From Trypanosoma brucei (Eukaryota), in assembly GCA_000002445.1 (NCBI GenBank), contig CM000208.1, positions 2,592,001 to 2,656,000 on the forward strand: 64,000 nucleotides of DNA, in the 5' to 3' direction. Position 1 is the stretch's first letter. Each line of letters opens with the position of its first letter. Below, in pieces: positions 33,172 to 43,610 of the stretch. The position numbers and the translations under genes are program-made. The notes under the pieces were generated by a model. It was not told the origin of the DNA and ran no database searches. It worked only from the letters and a program-made list of their open reading frames with translations.

Positions 33172-35532
33172 TCACTTTGCATCTGCCGGCATGCTCGACT
33201 CTAAGTGTATCTGAAGATCTCTTGCATACTGCATAACATCAAAACCATCATCGTTTACTATGAGATCAAAAACTGACGTCCCTCCGATCAAAGAGACGCC
33301 AACCATAAACCTCAGCGACGCATCGCAGAGCTCAATGGCCACTATGGCATCAACCAAAGCTGTCGATACTGGGCCCGTGGACGCAGAGACTTGGCAAGCA
33401 CAAGTTTTTTTCTCTCTTGAACTACTACCCCTTCGTGCGGCTCGTGGATGGCCAACATGTCGCAGCAACGCGTGAGCACAAGTAATCTTTACCAATACAC
33501 TCATCATGACCACATCAACTGCATCCCTACATATGGCTTTAACTGTCAGAAAGTACGAATGGAGTAGTGCCGAACATTGTGGCAAGACTTGCGGTACGGT
33601 TGGCTCCTCAACCGAACGAGCTAACGACCAAGCGTACCACACGTCCCACTGGTTCTCGCACCGGTTAAAGAAATCAACCGTCAGGTTGCAGTCACACTCA
33701 GCATTCCCTCGCAGTGCGCCAAAAAGCACTTCTGCTTGCTCCTGAGGGGATTTGAATGAATGCGATGACACGTGTAAAACGAAGTCCCCCTTGTCAATGA
33801 ACTGAAAAAGGTGCCGCTGCTGTACTAATGTCGATTCCTGGGTCATACCCAGCAGGGCACTGGCGGTACGACATTTAACCGACTGGCCTCCCTCACGGAT
33901 AACAACGTGTTCCCGTTGCTCAAGTGCGCTTTGTATTGCGTTTAGGGCTGGTGTGGTGATTGCTTGTAGCGATGGTATGAAAACAACTTGCTGAAAAGCT
34001 GTGTTCAGTGTGCCCCCTCGAACCCACTCGACGTGGGGAGCCACCCCGTCTTCCGTAGGTAACATTACATGGGAAGCTGGTGCGCGTGCATACATTGGAA
34101 GTAGTGCTTTTTCCAACCCATGTACCACCGGTGACACAAAATTTGTTTCCTCCCCCAGCTCAAGCAAGAATGTCCGCAGTGGAGTAAGGGTATCTGCCGA
34201 CCCCACCACACTAGTGACGACACCACCGTCCTGCAATTTCGAGGACGCGAGGACGATACCCGCTGCCGCCCACAGTGAGATCGGCAACGCGGAGACATCT
34301 AGTGCCGCCAGAATTGCTTCCATTCTCGTTCTCCCATGCGACCCCCTGAATCCTCCGCCAGCTTTCGCGGCAGCAAACGTAACCGCGCCGGCCACGCATT
34401 CCCAACAGCACCTCGCTTGATAAACAGCGCAAACCTCATTGTGCTCACTTGTTTTTGCCATTCCTACCCCGCCACATGGGCGCGCTGAAGGGAAGGGTGG
34501 GGTTAATGCCTCCGCGGTTGACTGCTGATTTGACCACTGCGGGGAAAACCGTGCCGTCCGAACAAAGCGAGCTTTCAGCAGAATCCGTGTGGGTGAAGAA
34601 TCGGGTCCCTTTTTCGAATATAAGGTTGTCCCTCGACCAATTGCGGATGTTTCCACTAATCCCACTGCATGAATACGCTCACCGACCACCAGCGTTTCCT
34701 TCATTTCTAGCTGAGGAATGAATGAGAGATCTAGCCAAAGTGGTTGTTGAGCCACGACACCGACACCGTTGGAGGTCTGGGTTCGCAGCTCCGCAATAGG
34801 CATCGGGTCGCTTGATTCGCGGTGGAGGAAGAAAATACTAGTGATGTGCCCTATAACTTCCCACCATCTCCCGCTCCCGATTAAACCATCACCCGGCCGG
34901 CTGTGCATCGAACGCAGGCCTTGAAGTTGAAGAAAACTCGGCAGCCCGTCCGCAGCGACATGCAACCCTACCTTCAGCTCCTCTGCCCGTATCAAATCCC
35001 AAAAGGCGCATGACCATCGGGATGTGTGCACACATATCATGCACGGAAAGTTCGCGTCACCCGGTCGTACCTCGCAGGTAGGAACGTTTCTCGTGGCAGG
35101 TTCGACTACATGATAGCATGGTTTGTTAAGAAGATTGGCTTCCTTATCTATCGCCACCAAGGCCGCTTCGTGTCTCAGCCAGTTCATTAGCACTTCTTCC
35201 ATAACTTCATCTAGTCTCCTGGGTGACATGACCAGAAGTGAGCCCAAAGTGGGATACTTTGATATCACCTCCATCATATGCACAATCAGTCGGAGGTTTA
35301 CTTGGTTGCAAGCAACTTCTGCGGAGGGAAGCACCCTTGTTACCGTTTCCGCCAGAAACGATAGTTCTGAAAGCAACTGCTCCCGTGTGCTGTCGCCTCC
35401 AAGCAATAGAGTCTGCGCTTCCTGCTTCTCCGTATCGGTACAACCATCGACCATTAAGAGGGTGTCGCTGTGACCCTCTACCATTGTAGAGGCAGTGACG
35501 CAAAAAAGTAGCCCCTCTGATACCGAACACAT
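33172..35532 (-). CDS. Hypothetical protein, 786 aa.
   Basis: Long complete ORF on the cluster strand. No motif recognised. Confidence 0.5.
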   Translation of the reverse strand: MCSVSEGLLFCVTASTMVEGHSDTLLMVDGCTDTEKQEAQTLLLGGDSTREQLLSELSFLAETVTRVLPSAEVACNQVNLRLIVHMMEVISKYPTLGSLLVMSPRRLDEVMEEVLMNWLRHEAALVAIDKEANLLNKPCYHVVEPATRNVPTCEVRPGDANFPCMICVHTSRWSCAFWDLIRAEELKVGLHVAADGLPSFLQLQGLRSMHSRPGDGLIGSGRWWEVIGHITSIFFLHRESSDPMPIAELRTQTSNGVGVVAQQPLWLDLSFIPQLEMKETLVVGERIHAVGLVETSAIGRGTTLYSKKGPDSSPTRILLKARFVRTARFSPQWSNQQSTAEALTPPFPSARPCGGVGMAKTSEHNEVCAVYQARCCWECVAGAVTFAAAKAGGGFRGSHGRTRMEAILAALDVSALPISLWAAAGIVLASSKLQDGGVVTSVVGSADTLTPLRTFLLELGEETNFVSPVVHGLEKALLPMYARAPASHVMLPTEDGVAPHVEWVRGGTLNTAFQQVVFIPSLQAITTPALNAIQSALEQREHVVIREGGQSVKCRTASALLGMTQESTLVQQRHLFQFIDKGDFVLHVSSHSFKSPQEQAEVLFGALRGNAECDCNLTVDFFNRCENQWDVWYAWSLARSVEEPTVPQVLPQCSALLHSYFLTVKAICRDAVDVVMMSVLVKITCAHALLRHVGHPRAARRGSSSREKKTCACQVSASTGPVSTALVDAIVAIELCDASLRFMVGVSLIGGTSVFDLIVNDDGFDVMQYARDLQIHLESSMPADAK

Positions 35533-35748
35533 TTAGATACAAATAGGAAGAAAAGGAGAGTGGTGGACACAGCAACTCAACCTAACGATTATATAGGCTC
35601 GTATACTAGGTGAGAATAGTAAATACTGTTAGTGTAGCGAACATCCATAAAGAAAAGCCCCTGTCCAACCATCCCGCCGTTCTCCTACCTTTTGAAACAT
35701 ACTCCTCCCCGACCACATGTTGCCTTTCGATGCGCAGTAGCCAGCTCC

Positions 35749-36693
35749 TTACTTCGGCACTGGGATACGATGCTGTAGTGCAACTCCATGCCACCCCAGT
35801 TCTTCCTCAACGCATCGGTTGAGCTCCTCGTCCCTCGCAAGACGTCGGGCACTAGCGCGCATTGCAGCGCTGCCCTCGCAATCGCTTCGCTCGGAACGGT
35901 TAAGCCGCTGAAGTTCTTCACGTATGCGATGGACTGTCGCTTCCGTCAACTGCTCTACGCGCTCAGGTGTATCGAACACCTGGTTCCTTCCCGGTGTGGT
36001 ATCGCGGGAATCTGCATGTCCTTCCAGCCGACATGACATTGTGGACGAAGGTGACACGACACTAGCAACTCCTGCCTCACTACTTTCCCTAGACAAGGTA
36101 ACTGAAGTAGGAAGCCGGACCCACGCTCTGCGTGCCGAGCGAAACCACCCGAGCAGGTCGTCGAGCTGTGCCCAACCGATGGACTCTTCCAGCAGAGGGA
36201 GGCGCTGGTGGACTTCATATCTGTAAAGGTTCTGGCCGTCCCGCACGCGCTGGCGTTCGTATTGTGTAAGATTCACCCAAGCCTTACTTCTATCTTCTAA
36301 CCCCAACTGGCACATCTTTTCCCACAGTTTTGCGCTGATGGCGGATTCAGCACATCGATGAAGGGACGGGATTAGATAACTCCAATTGCATGTGTCATGG
36401 CAATGCCGCTGCAGACCTGCGCACGACCCGTTGGGGGGCCTGCTATGCAGAATCAATTTCCTATGATACAGCTGACCGGACTCTGGCATCGTTGCCTGAG
36501 AGGAGTGCCTCACACCATTTAGGACACCAAGAGCCCGTCCCGAATGCCGCCTCGCGTCGGGATTTTCATACAATAAATCACCGCGACCACTCCCGCCGTA
36601 TACTCGGCGTGAAGGAGTTAGGGTCAGGGAAACGGCATCGGGAAAAACTCCGCCGCCTCGGCGTATTAGTCCCGCTGAAGCCCCCATCTTCAT
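35749..36693 (-). CDS. Hypothetical protein, 314 aa.
   Basis: Complete ORF on the cluster strand. Confidence 0.45.
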   Translation of the reverse strand: MKMGASAGLIRRGGGVFPDAVSLTLTPSRRVYGGSGRGDLLYENPDARRHSGRALGVLNGVRHSSQATMPESGQLYHRKLILHSRPPNGSCAGLQRHCHDTCNWSYLIPSLHRCAESAISAKLWEKMCQLGLEDRSKAWVNLTQYERQRVRDGQNLYRYEVHQRLPLLEESIGWAQLDDLLGWFRSARRAWVRLPTSVTLSRESSEAGVASVVSPSSTMSCRLEGHADSRDTTPGRNQVFDTPERVEQLTEATVHRIREELQRLNRSERSDCEGSAAMRASARRLARDEELNRCVEEELGWHGVALQHRIPVPK

Positions 36694-36995
36694 GATTGGC
36701 TATTGCTACAACATCCGACCAATAGCGAAGCGTACATAGGTGCGCGTGACACAGTTATTCACGAGATCAGTAGGACAGAAGCAGATAACGACGACGATAA
36801 AAGTAAAAAGTAGAGAAACCAAACAAAAAAGTGGCACGAAAGGGGTTTACGCCCTCTCGGTGCCTATGTGTAATGAAGATGAGATGTTTGCACATCTCAT
36901 GCGCCTTCAGTCTCCGTAGGACGCCATACATTTAGCTGCTTTGACCAACCTACCCTGCACACACTGGCCGAAGATCCTCCAAATCACCCACCTGT

Positions 36996-37586
36996 TCAAC
37001 CAGTGTTACCCGAGTACGTATTCCTGGAAAAGTCATCGTCGCGACTCCTCTCAGAGCGATACCAGTAATGGTCCTTTTGTTGCTGTTGGTCCCGGGACAG
37101 TATGGACCAGTTCCGTTCACTGTTTCGGATATTCCAGTGCGGTTCACGAACATAAAGTTGCCCACTTGTAACCTTCATTGTTGCATTACTGTACTTAGTT
37201 GCCTTTTCTTTTTCCATGTCAATAATGCGGCGGAGCTCGTTCCGCTTGGCCTCATCTTGCGTTGTACTAAGTAGAAACTCTAGCTTGCTGATGTGGTCCA
37301 ATGATCCCGCCCTTTGCGCATGGCAGTGGTCATCAATCACTTGGCTACCTTCAACAGAAGAGTCCGTGTACTGTTGTAGTTCGTACTCAAGATGGTTGCT
37401 AACGTTAGGGGAAGGAATGCGGTTTTTGTGTGTCACATTCACCTCGTAAAGAACGGTGGCTGCAGCCGAGGCAAGAAATATGCCCCAAGTACGATAGGGG
37501 TGTTGTTGCACCCACCGCCTCGTGCGGTAAAGCCAGGAAGATATTTCCTTCCCAAGAAATGGAATGGGCACCACCTTCTCACGCAT
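36996..37586 (-). CDS. Hypothetical small membrane protein, 196 aa, with one predicted N-terminal transmembrane helix and a charged C-terminal region.
   Basis: The hydrophobic stretch WGIFLASAAATVLY comes after a basic patch. The C-terminal part is rich in E/K/R. Confidence 0.4.
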   Translation of the reverse strand: MREKVVPIPFLGKEISSWLYRTRRWVQQHPYRTWGIFLASAAATVLYEVNVTHKNRIPSPNVSNHLEYELQQYTDSSVEGSQVIDDHCHAQRAGSLDHISKLEFLLSTTQDEAKRNELRRIIDMEKEKATKYSNATMKVTSGQLYVREPHWNIRNSERNWSILSRDQQQQKDHYWYRSERSRDDDFSRNTYSGNTG

Positions 37587-37901
37587 GTCAAACCTAACGA
37601 CAGCACTACTGGCTTTCCTTCTGCTTGACTGACACTCACAAATACATGGAATAGCAAGAGATGCGCGCAGCGATGGCTGGGCGGGACAAACAATGTCATT
37701 GCGTTTACAGACAGCAACTCATCAGCTGCTCAAAGGGGAAAACGGACGCTGTTGTAGGGGGTGGGAGGAAGTTCCACATAACTGGTTTCCGTGTCCGATC
37801 GGTTCCCTGCTATGTTAAATTTACAAACTACGAAGGAAGCGCGTAGTAGTGGCGTCTCCGCGCAACTTGGTAGACTTCAAATCTTACACTGTTTTCACGA
37901 G

Positions 37902-39353
37902 CTATTCGCTTGCATCGCATTTTTCCTGTATTTTCCTCAGCAGGGAGAAAGTCACGTTTTCCCCCAACACTAGATGTCTTTCCGCAGTCGTCAGAAAATC
38001 ATACGAGGGGCGTAAACGCCGGAGTTCTGACAGGAGAATGTCACTGAATGGGCCATCTTGGAACGGTCCTGTTTCCGAGTCGGGCGAGCTGCGCAAACAG
38101 CTCTTCAACTTAGCAGCTTGACCGAGACGGAGGAGAAATCCTGAGTAAGTGGCGCAACAACGGCCCCTTATGGTGGGCAACAGTACTTCATAACGCCTAA
38201 GTTCACTCTCTAGGAAACGTGCTGGAAGCCAAAGAAAACGTACGCTGCACAACAAAGACTCTATGGCACCTTCTTTACATGTACAGTTTGAGTCTGGTAC
38301 TGACTCAGGTTTGTCCACCCTTGTTGAAGTGTGCGAAACAGAACCTGTGTGTCTCGATGCCGATGCGAAGCGAACGCAATCCCCCGTGCGATCCGTGAAG
38401 TGTAGCTCACATGCTGCACAAGCAATTTTGTAGGGCATGATTTCATTGGGAAACCCTGTATTCTCCAGCACCTTTCCAAGAACGGAGTACGGAAGATGAG
38501 CCAGTGCATCAACGGAAGTGGTTGTACCTTCAGTACGCAAGACACTGAGTTTCCTTTCCGTATGCTTGGGAGTCTCAATTCCAATAACGCTTTTATTCAA
38601 CCGCTCCACTAACAACGACGCGTAACGGTCTAGGAGGTTGTCGCTAGTCGTCCCAAGAGCCGACGCCAAGAGTTCCTCGCCAAACGAGTTCGGCAGCGTC
38701 TCCCTGCACCTCCAGCAGGCAGGCGGAGGTAAGTTGTAGAAGGTTGTAAGAAGGTCCACAACGTCCAATAACGAGCCGTCAGCCGACTCCAACGACGCAT
38801 TTGGCACACAGCAACCACAGTTGATTTGTGCTCCTTTGGAAGACGCTGCGCCCTCCACGCATTCTCCTCCCTCTTCTTCCCCTGTAAAAGTAGATTGGCA
38901 CGATCCTCCCTGCTGTGGTCCTACACCAGAAGGCACCCTAAAACGTGGCGACAAATCTGACATCGGTTTCACCTCCGATGTTTGGCAGCAACAACAACGA
39001 ACCGAGGGAAACAGGATGAAAGGAAGGGGCTTGGACGCACTTCTGTTACAACATAAAGTCTTTGTTGGTGTAAAAGCACCGTTCTCTTCCCCCAACCTCG
39101 GTCGATCGCCAACATCAACACGGAAAGAATCTAACTTTTTGCGCAGCGACGCCATTTCTCGCTTCAGCTCAATAATATCACTCACATTGACTTCCGCCGC
39201 TCGCCATTCCCGGGGCCGCACCCCCTCATGCCCCGTAGAAAAATCTAAGCTATCGTAAGACGGGGGCGGATCCAGCTGTATCGGAAAGTGGCGTCCATCC
39301 GATGGGGTTTCCAAGGGGAAAACAATATCGTATGGAGGCGGCGGAGAGCCCAT
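37902..39353 (-). CDS. Hypothetical protein, 483 aa, with two N-terminal PPxY motifs.
   Basis: MGSPPPPYDIV...LDPPPSYDSL near the N-terminus. The remainder is Cys-containing with no recognised fold. Confidence 0.45.
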   Translation of the reverse strand: MGSPPPPYDIVFPLETPSDGRHFPIQLDPPPSYDSLDFSTGHEGVRPREWRAAEVNVSDIIELKREMASLRKKLDSFRVDVGDRPRLGEENGAFTPTKTLCCNRSASKPLPFILFPSVRCCCCQTSEVKPMSDLSPRFRVPSGVGPQQGGSCQSTFTGEEEGGECVEGAASSKGAQINCGCCVPNASLESADGSLLDVVDLLTTFYNLPPPACWRCRETLPNSFGEELLASALGTTSDNLLDRYASLLVERLNKSVIGIETPKHTERKLSVLRTEGTTTSVDALAHLPYSVLGKVLENTGFPNEIMPYKIACAACELHFTDRTGDCVRFASASRHTGSVSHTSTRVDKPESVPDSNCTCKEGAIESLLCSVRFLWLPARFLESELRRYEVLLPTIRGRCCATYSGFLLRLGQAAKLKSCLRSSPDSETGPFQDGPFSDILLSELRRLRPSYDFLTTAERHLVLGENVTFSLLRKIQEKCDASE

Positions 39354-39856
39354 TAAACAAAAAAAAACCTACGGGCGCACCTTCCAGCAAATTAAGCAGC
39401 CAACGCAACCGATTACAAACAGCGGCTAGGCCAAAGCCTGAAAACAGTACCTTGCTCTTATATGCATTGCACAGAACAAATAACAAAAAACAAAACAAAA
39501 AGATGATTAAAGTAAGGGGGAAAACAGCGTCATCAAGCAATGATAAAAATAAAAATAATAATAATATAACAAAACAAATTTACGCCCCACAAGAAACAAC
39601 GTTATAACTAACAACATATACATCAAATATATATACATGCAAAGAATAAAAGTGATAATCTAGAAGTTATCATTTCTCAAAACAACAGAAAAATAAAAAT
39701 AATAAAACACACGAACAATAAAAAACGCAACAGTAATGAAAATGTAACTTCCGACAATACCATAAAAAAAGGAAAGACGAAAAACATCAACAAAGAAAAA
39801 TTCATCTACAAAAGTAAATATCAAAGCACTGCAGAAAACATAAAAAGGGAAATACA

Positions 39857-42094
39857 TTAATCAAATTCTTCAACATCTAAACCTACTAATGCTTCACCAC
39901 CCTCAGGTGCCACTGCCTCAGGTTGTGCTTCTGCAGGAACTTGCTGTGGCTCTTCAAGCTCTTCAACTGCTTCCACTGCTATGTCACCCTCAGGTGCCGC
40001 TGCCTCAGGTTGTGCTTCTGCAGGAACTTGCTGTGGCTCTTCAAGCTCTTCAACTGCTTCCACTGCTATGTCACCCTCAGGTGCCGCTGCCTCAGGTTGT
40101 GCTTCTGCAGGAACTTGCTGTGGTTCTTCAAGCTCTTCAACTGCTTCCACTGCTATGTCACCCTCAGGTGCCGCTGCCTCAGGTTGTGCTTCTGCAGGAA
40201 CTTGCTGTGGCTCTTCAAGCTCTTCAACTGCTTCCACTGCTATGTCACCCTCAGGTGCCGCTGCCTCAGGTTGTGCTTCTGCAGGAACTTGCTGTGGTTC
40301 TTCAAGCTCTTCAAGTGCTTCCACTGCTATGTCACCCTCAGGTGCCGCTGCCTCAGGTTGTGCTTCTGCAGGAACTTGCTGTGGCTCTTCAAGCTCTTCA
40401 AGTGCTTCCACTGCTATGTCACCCTCAGGTGCCGCTGCCTCAGGTTGTGCTTCTGCAGGAACTTGCTGTGGCTCTTCAAGCTCTTCAACTGCTTCCACTG
40501 CTATGTCACCCTCAGGTGCCGCTGCCTCAGGTTGTGCTTCTGCAGGAACTTGCTGTGGCTCTTCAAGCTCTTCAACTGCTTCCACTGCTATGTCACCCTC
40601 AGGTGCCGCTGCCCCAGGTTGTGCTTCTGCAGGAACTTGCTGTGGCTCTTCAAGCTCTTCAACTGCTTCCACTGCTATGTCACCCTCAGGTGCCGCTGCC
40701 TCAGGTTGTGCTTCTGCAGGAACTTGCTGTGGCTCTTCAAGCTCTTCAACTGCTTCCACTGCTATGTCACCCTCAGGTGCCGCTGCCTCAGGTTGTGCTT
40801 CTGCAGGAACTTGCTGTGGCTCTTCAAGCTCTTCAACTGCTTCCACTGCTATGTCACCCTCAGGTGCCGCTGCCTCAGGTTGTGCTTCTGCAGGAACTTG
40901 CTGTGGTTCTTCAAGCTCTTCAAGTGCTTCCACTGCTATGTCACCCTCAGGTGCCGCTGCCCCAGGTTGTGCTTCTGCAGGAACTTGCTGTGGCTCTTCA
41001 AGCTCTTCAACTGCTTCCACTGCTATGTCACCCTCAGGTGCCGCTGCCTCAGGTTGTGCTTCTGCAGGAACTTGCTGTGGCTCTTCAAGCTCTTCAACTG
41101 CTTCCACTGCTATGTCACCCTCAGGTGCCGCTGCCTCAGGTTGTGCTTCTGCAGGAACTTGCTGTGGCTCTTCAAGCTCTTCAACTGCTTCCACTGCTAT
41201 GTCACCCTCAGGTGCCGCTGCCTCAGGTTGTGCTTCTGCAGGAACTTGCTGTGGTTCTTCAAGCTCTTCAAGTGCTTCCACTGCTATGTCACCCTCAGGT
41301 GCCGCTGCCTCAGGTTGTGCTTCTGCAGGAACTTGCTGTGGCTCTTCAAGCTCTTCAAGTCCTTCCACTGCTATGTCACCCTCAGGTTGTGCCTCAGGTT
41401 GTGCTTCTGCAGGAACTTGCTGTGGCTCTTCAAGCTCTTCAACTGCTTCCACTGCTATGTCACCCTCAGGTGCCGCTGCCTCAGGTTGTGCTTCTGCAGG
41501 AACTTGCTGTGGCTCTTCAAGCTCTTCAACTGCTTCCACTGCTATGTCACCCTCAGGTGCCGCTGCCTCAGGTTGTGCTTCTGCAGGAACTTGCTGTGGT
41601 TCTTCAAGCTCTTCAAGTGCTTCCACTGCTATGTCACCCTCAGGTGCCGCTGCCTCAGGTTGTGCCTCAGGTTGTGCTTCTGCAGGAACTTGCTGTGGCT
41701 CTTCAAGCTCTTCAAGTGCTTCCACTGCTATGTCACCCTCAGGTGCCGCTGCCTCAGGTTGTGCTTCTGCAGGAACTTGCTGTGGCTCTTCAAGCTCTTC
41801 AAGTGCTTCCACTGCTATGTCACCCTCAGGTGCCGCTGCCTCAGGTTGTGCCTCAGGTTGTGCTTCTGCAGGAACTTGCTGTGGTTCTTCAAGCTCTTCA
41901 AGTGCTTCCACTGCTATGTCACCCTCAGGTTGTGCCTCAGGTTGTGCTTCTGCAGGAACTTGCTGTGGCTCTTCAAGCTCTTCAAGTGCTTCCACTGCTA
42001 TGTCACCCTCAGGTGCCGCTGCCTCAGGTTGTGCCTCAGGTTGTGCTTCTGCAGGAACTTGCTGTGGCTCTTCAAGCTCTTCAACTGCTTCCAC
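39857..42094 (-). CDS. C-terminal portion of a giant acidic tandem-repeat protein. The frame is separated from the upstream portion by frameshifting lesions, and the ORF caller started it at an in-repeat GTG.
   Basis: 745 codons made up almost entirely of EGDIAVEA(L/V)EELEEPQQVPAEAQPEA(QPEA)AAP units. It terminates ...GGEALVGLDVEEFD* at 39857. Confidence 0.6.
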   Translation of the reverse strand: MEAVEELEEPQQVPAEAQPEAQPEAAAPEGDIAVEALEELEEPQQVPAEAQPEAQPEGDIAVEALEELEEPQQVPAEAQPEAQPEAAAPEGDIAVEALEELEEPQQVPAEAQPEAAAPEGDIAVEALEELEEPQQVPAEAQPEAQPEAAAPEGDIAVEALEELEEPQQVPAEAQPEAAAPEGDIAVEAVEELEEPQQVPAEAQPEAAAPEGDIAVEAVEELEEPQQVPAEAQPEAQPEGDIAVEGLEELEEPQQVPAEAQPEAAAPEGDIAVEALEELEEPQQVPAEAQPEAAAPEGDIAVEAVEELEEPQQVPAEAQPEAAAPEGDIAVEAVEELEEPQQVPAEAQPEAAAPEGDIAVEAVEELEEPQQVPAEAQPGAAAPEGDIAVEALEELEEPQQVPAEAQPEAAAPEGDIAVEAVEELEEPQQVPAEAQPEAAAPEGDIAVEAVEELEEPQQVPAEAQPEAAAPEGDIAVEAVEELEEPQQVPAEAQPGAAAPEGDIAVEAVEELEEPQQVPAEAQPEAAAPEGDIAVEAVEELEEPQQVPAEAQPEAAAPEGDIAVEALEELEEPQQVPAEAQPEAAAPEGDIAVEALEELEEPQQVPAEAQPEAAAPEGDIAVEAVEELEEPQQVPAEAQPEAAAPEGDIAVEAVEELEEPQQVPAEAQPEAAAPEGDIAVEAVEELEEPQQVPAEAQPEAAAPEGDIAVEAVEELEEPQQVPAEAQPEAVAPEGGEALVGLDVEEFD

Positions 42095-43610
42095 TGCTAT
42101 GTCACCCTCAGGTTGTGCCTCAGGTTGTGCAGGTGTGCTTCTGCAGGAACTTGCTGTGGTTCTTCAAGCTCTTCAAGTGCTTCCACTGCTATGTCACCCT
42201 CAGGTTCGCTGCCTCAGGTTGTGCTTCTGCAGGAACTTGCTGTGGTTCTTCAAGCTCTTCAAGTGCTTCCACTGCTATGTCACCCTCAGGTGCCGCTGCC
42301 TCAGGTTGTGCTTCTGCAGGAACTTGCTGTGGCTCTTCAAGCTCTTCAAGTGCTTCCACTGCTATGTCACCCTCAGGTGCCGCTGCCTCAGGTTGTGCCT
42401 CAGGTTGTGCTTCTGCAGGAACTTGCTGTGGCTCTTCAAGCTCTTCAAGTGCTTCCACTGCTATGTCACCCTCAGGTGCCGCTGCCTCAGGTTGTGCCTC
42501 AGGTTGTGCTTCTGCAGGAACTTGCTGTGGTTCTTCAAGCTCTTCAAGTGCTTCCACTGCTATGTCACCCTCAGGTGCCGCTGCCTCAGGTTGTGCCTCA
42601 GGTTGTGCTTCTGCAGGAACTTGCTGTGGCTCTTCAAGCTCTTCAACTGCTTCCACTGCTATGTCACCCTCAGGTTGTGCCTCAGGTTGTGCTTCTGCAG
42701 GAACTTGCTGTGGCTCTTCAAGCTCTTCAAGTGCTTCCACTGCTATGTCACCCTCAGGTGCCGCTGCCTCAGGTTGTGCCTCAGGTTGTGCTTCTGCAGG
42801 AACTTGCTGTGGTTCTTCAAGCTCTTCAAGTGCTTCCACTGCTATGTCACCCTCAGGTGCCGCTGCCTCAGGTTGTGCCTCAGGTTGTGCTTCTGCAGGA
42901 ACTTGCTGTGGCTCTTCAAGCTCTTCAACTGCTTCCACTGCTATGTCACCCTCAGGTTGTGCCTCAGGTTGTGCTTCTGCAGGAACTTGCTGTGGCTCTT
43001 CAAGCTCTTCAAGTGCTTCCACTGCTATGTCACCCTCAGGTGCCGCTGCCTCAGGTTGTGCCTCAGGTTGTGCTTCTGCAGGAACTTGCTGTGGCTCTTC
43101 AAGCTCTTCAAGTGCTTCCACTGCTATGTCACCCTCAGGTGCCGCTGCCTCAGGTTGTGCCTCAGGTTGTGCTTCTGCAGGAACTTGCTGTGGCTCTTCA
43201 AGCTCTTCAACTGCTTCCACTGCTATGTCACCCTCAGGTTGTGCCTCAGGTTGTGCTTCTGCAGGAACTTGCTGTGGCTCTTCAAGCTCTTCAAGTGCTT
43301 CCACTGCTATGTCACCCTCAGGTGCCGCTGCCTCAGGTTGTGCCTCAGGTTGTGCTTCTGCAGGAACTTGCTGTGGCTCTTCAAGCTCTTCAACTGCTTC
43401 CACTGCTATGTCACCCTCAGGTGCCGCTGCCTCAGGTTGTGCCTCAGGTTGTGCTTCTGCAGGAACTTGCTGTGGCTCTTCAAGCTCTTCAAGTGCTTCC
43501 ACTGCTATGTCACCCTCAGGTTGTGCCTCAGGTTGTGCTTCTGCAGGAACTTGCTGTGGCTCTTCAAGCTCTTCAACTGCTTCCACTGCTATGTCACCCT
43601 CAGGTGCCGC
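39890..43610. repeat. Tandem array of about 41 coding repeat units, 84, 87, 93 or 99 nt long. The length variants come from the presence or absence of ttgtgcctcagg and tgccgctgcctcagg modules.
   Basis: Seen directly. The core is ctcaggtgccgctgcctcaggttgtgcttctgcaggaacttgctgtgg(c/t)tcttcaagctcttcaa(c/g)tgcttccactgctatgtcacc. Confidence 0.95.
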
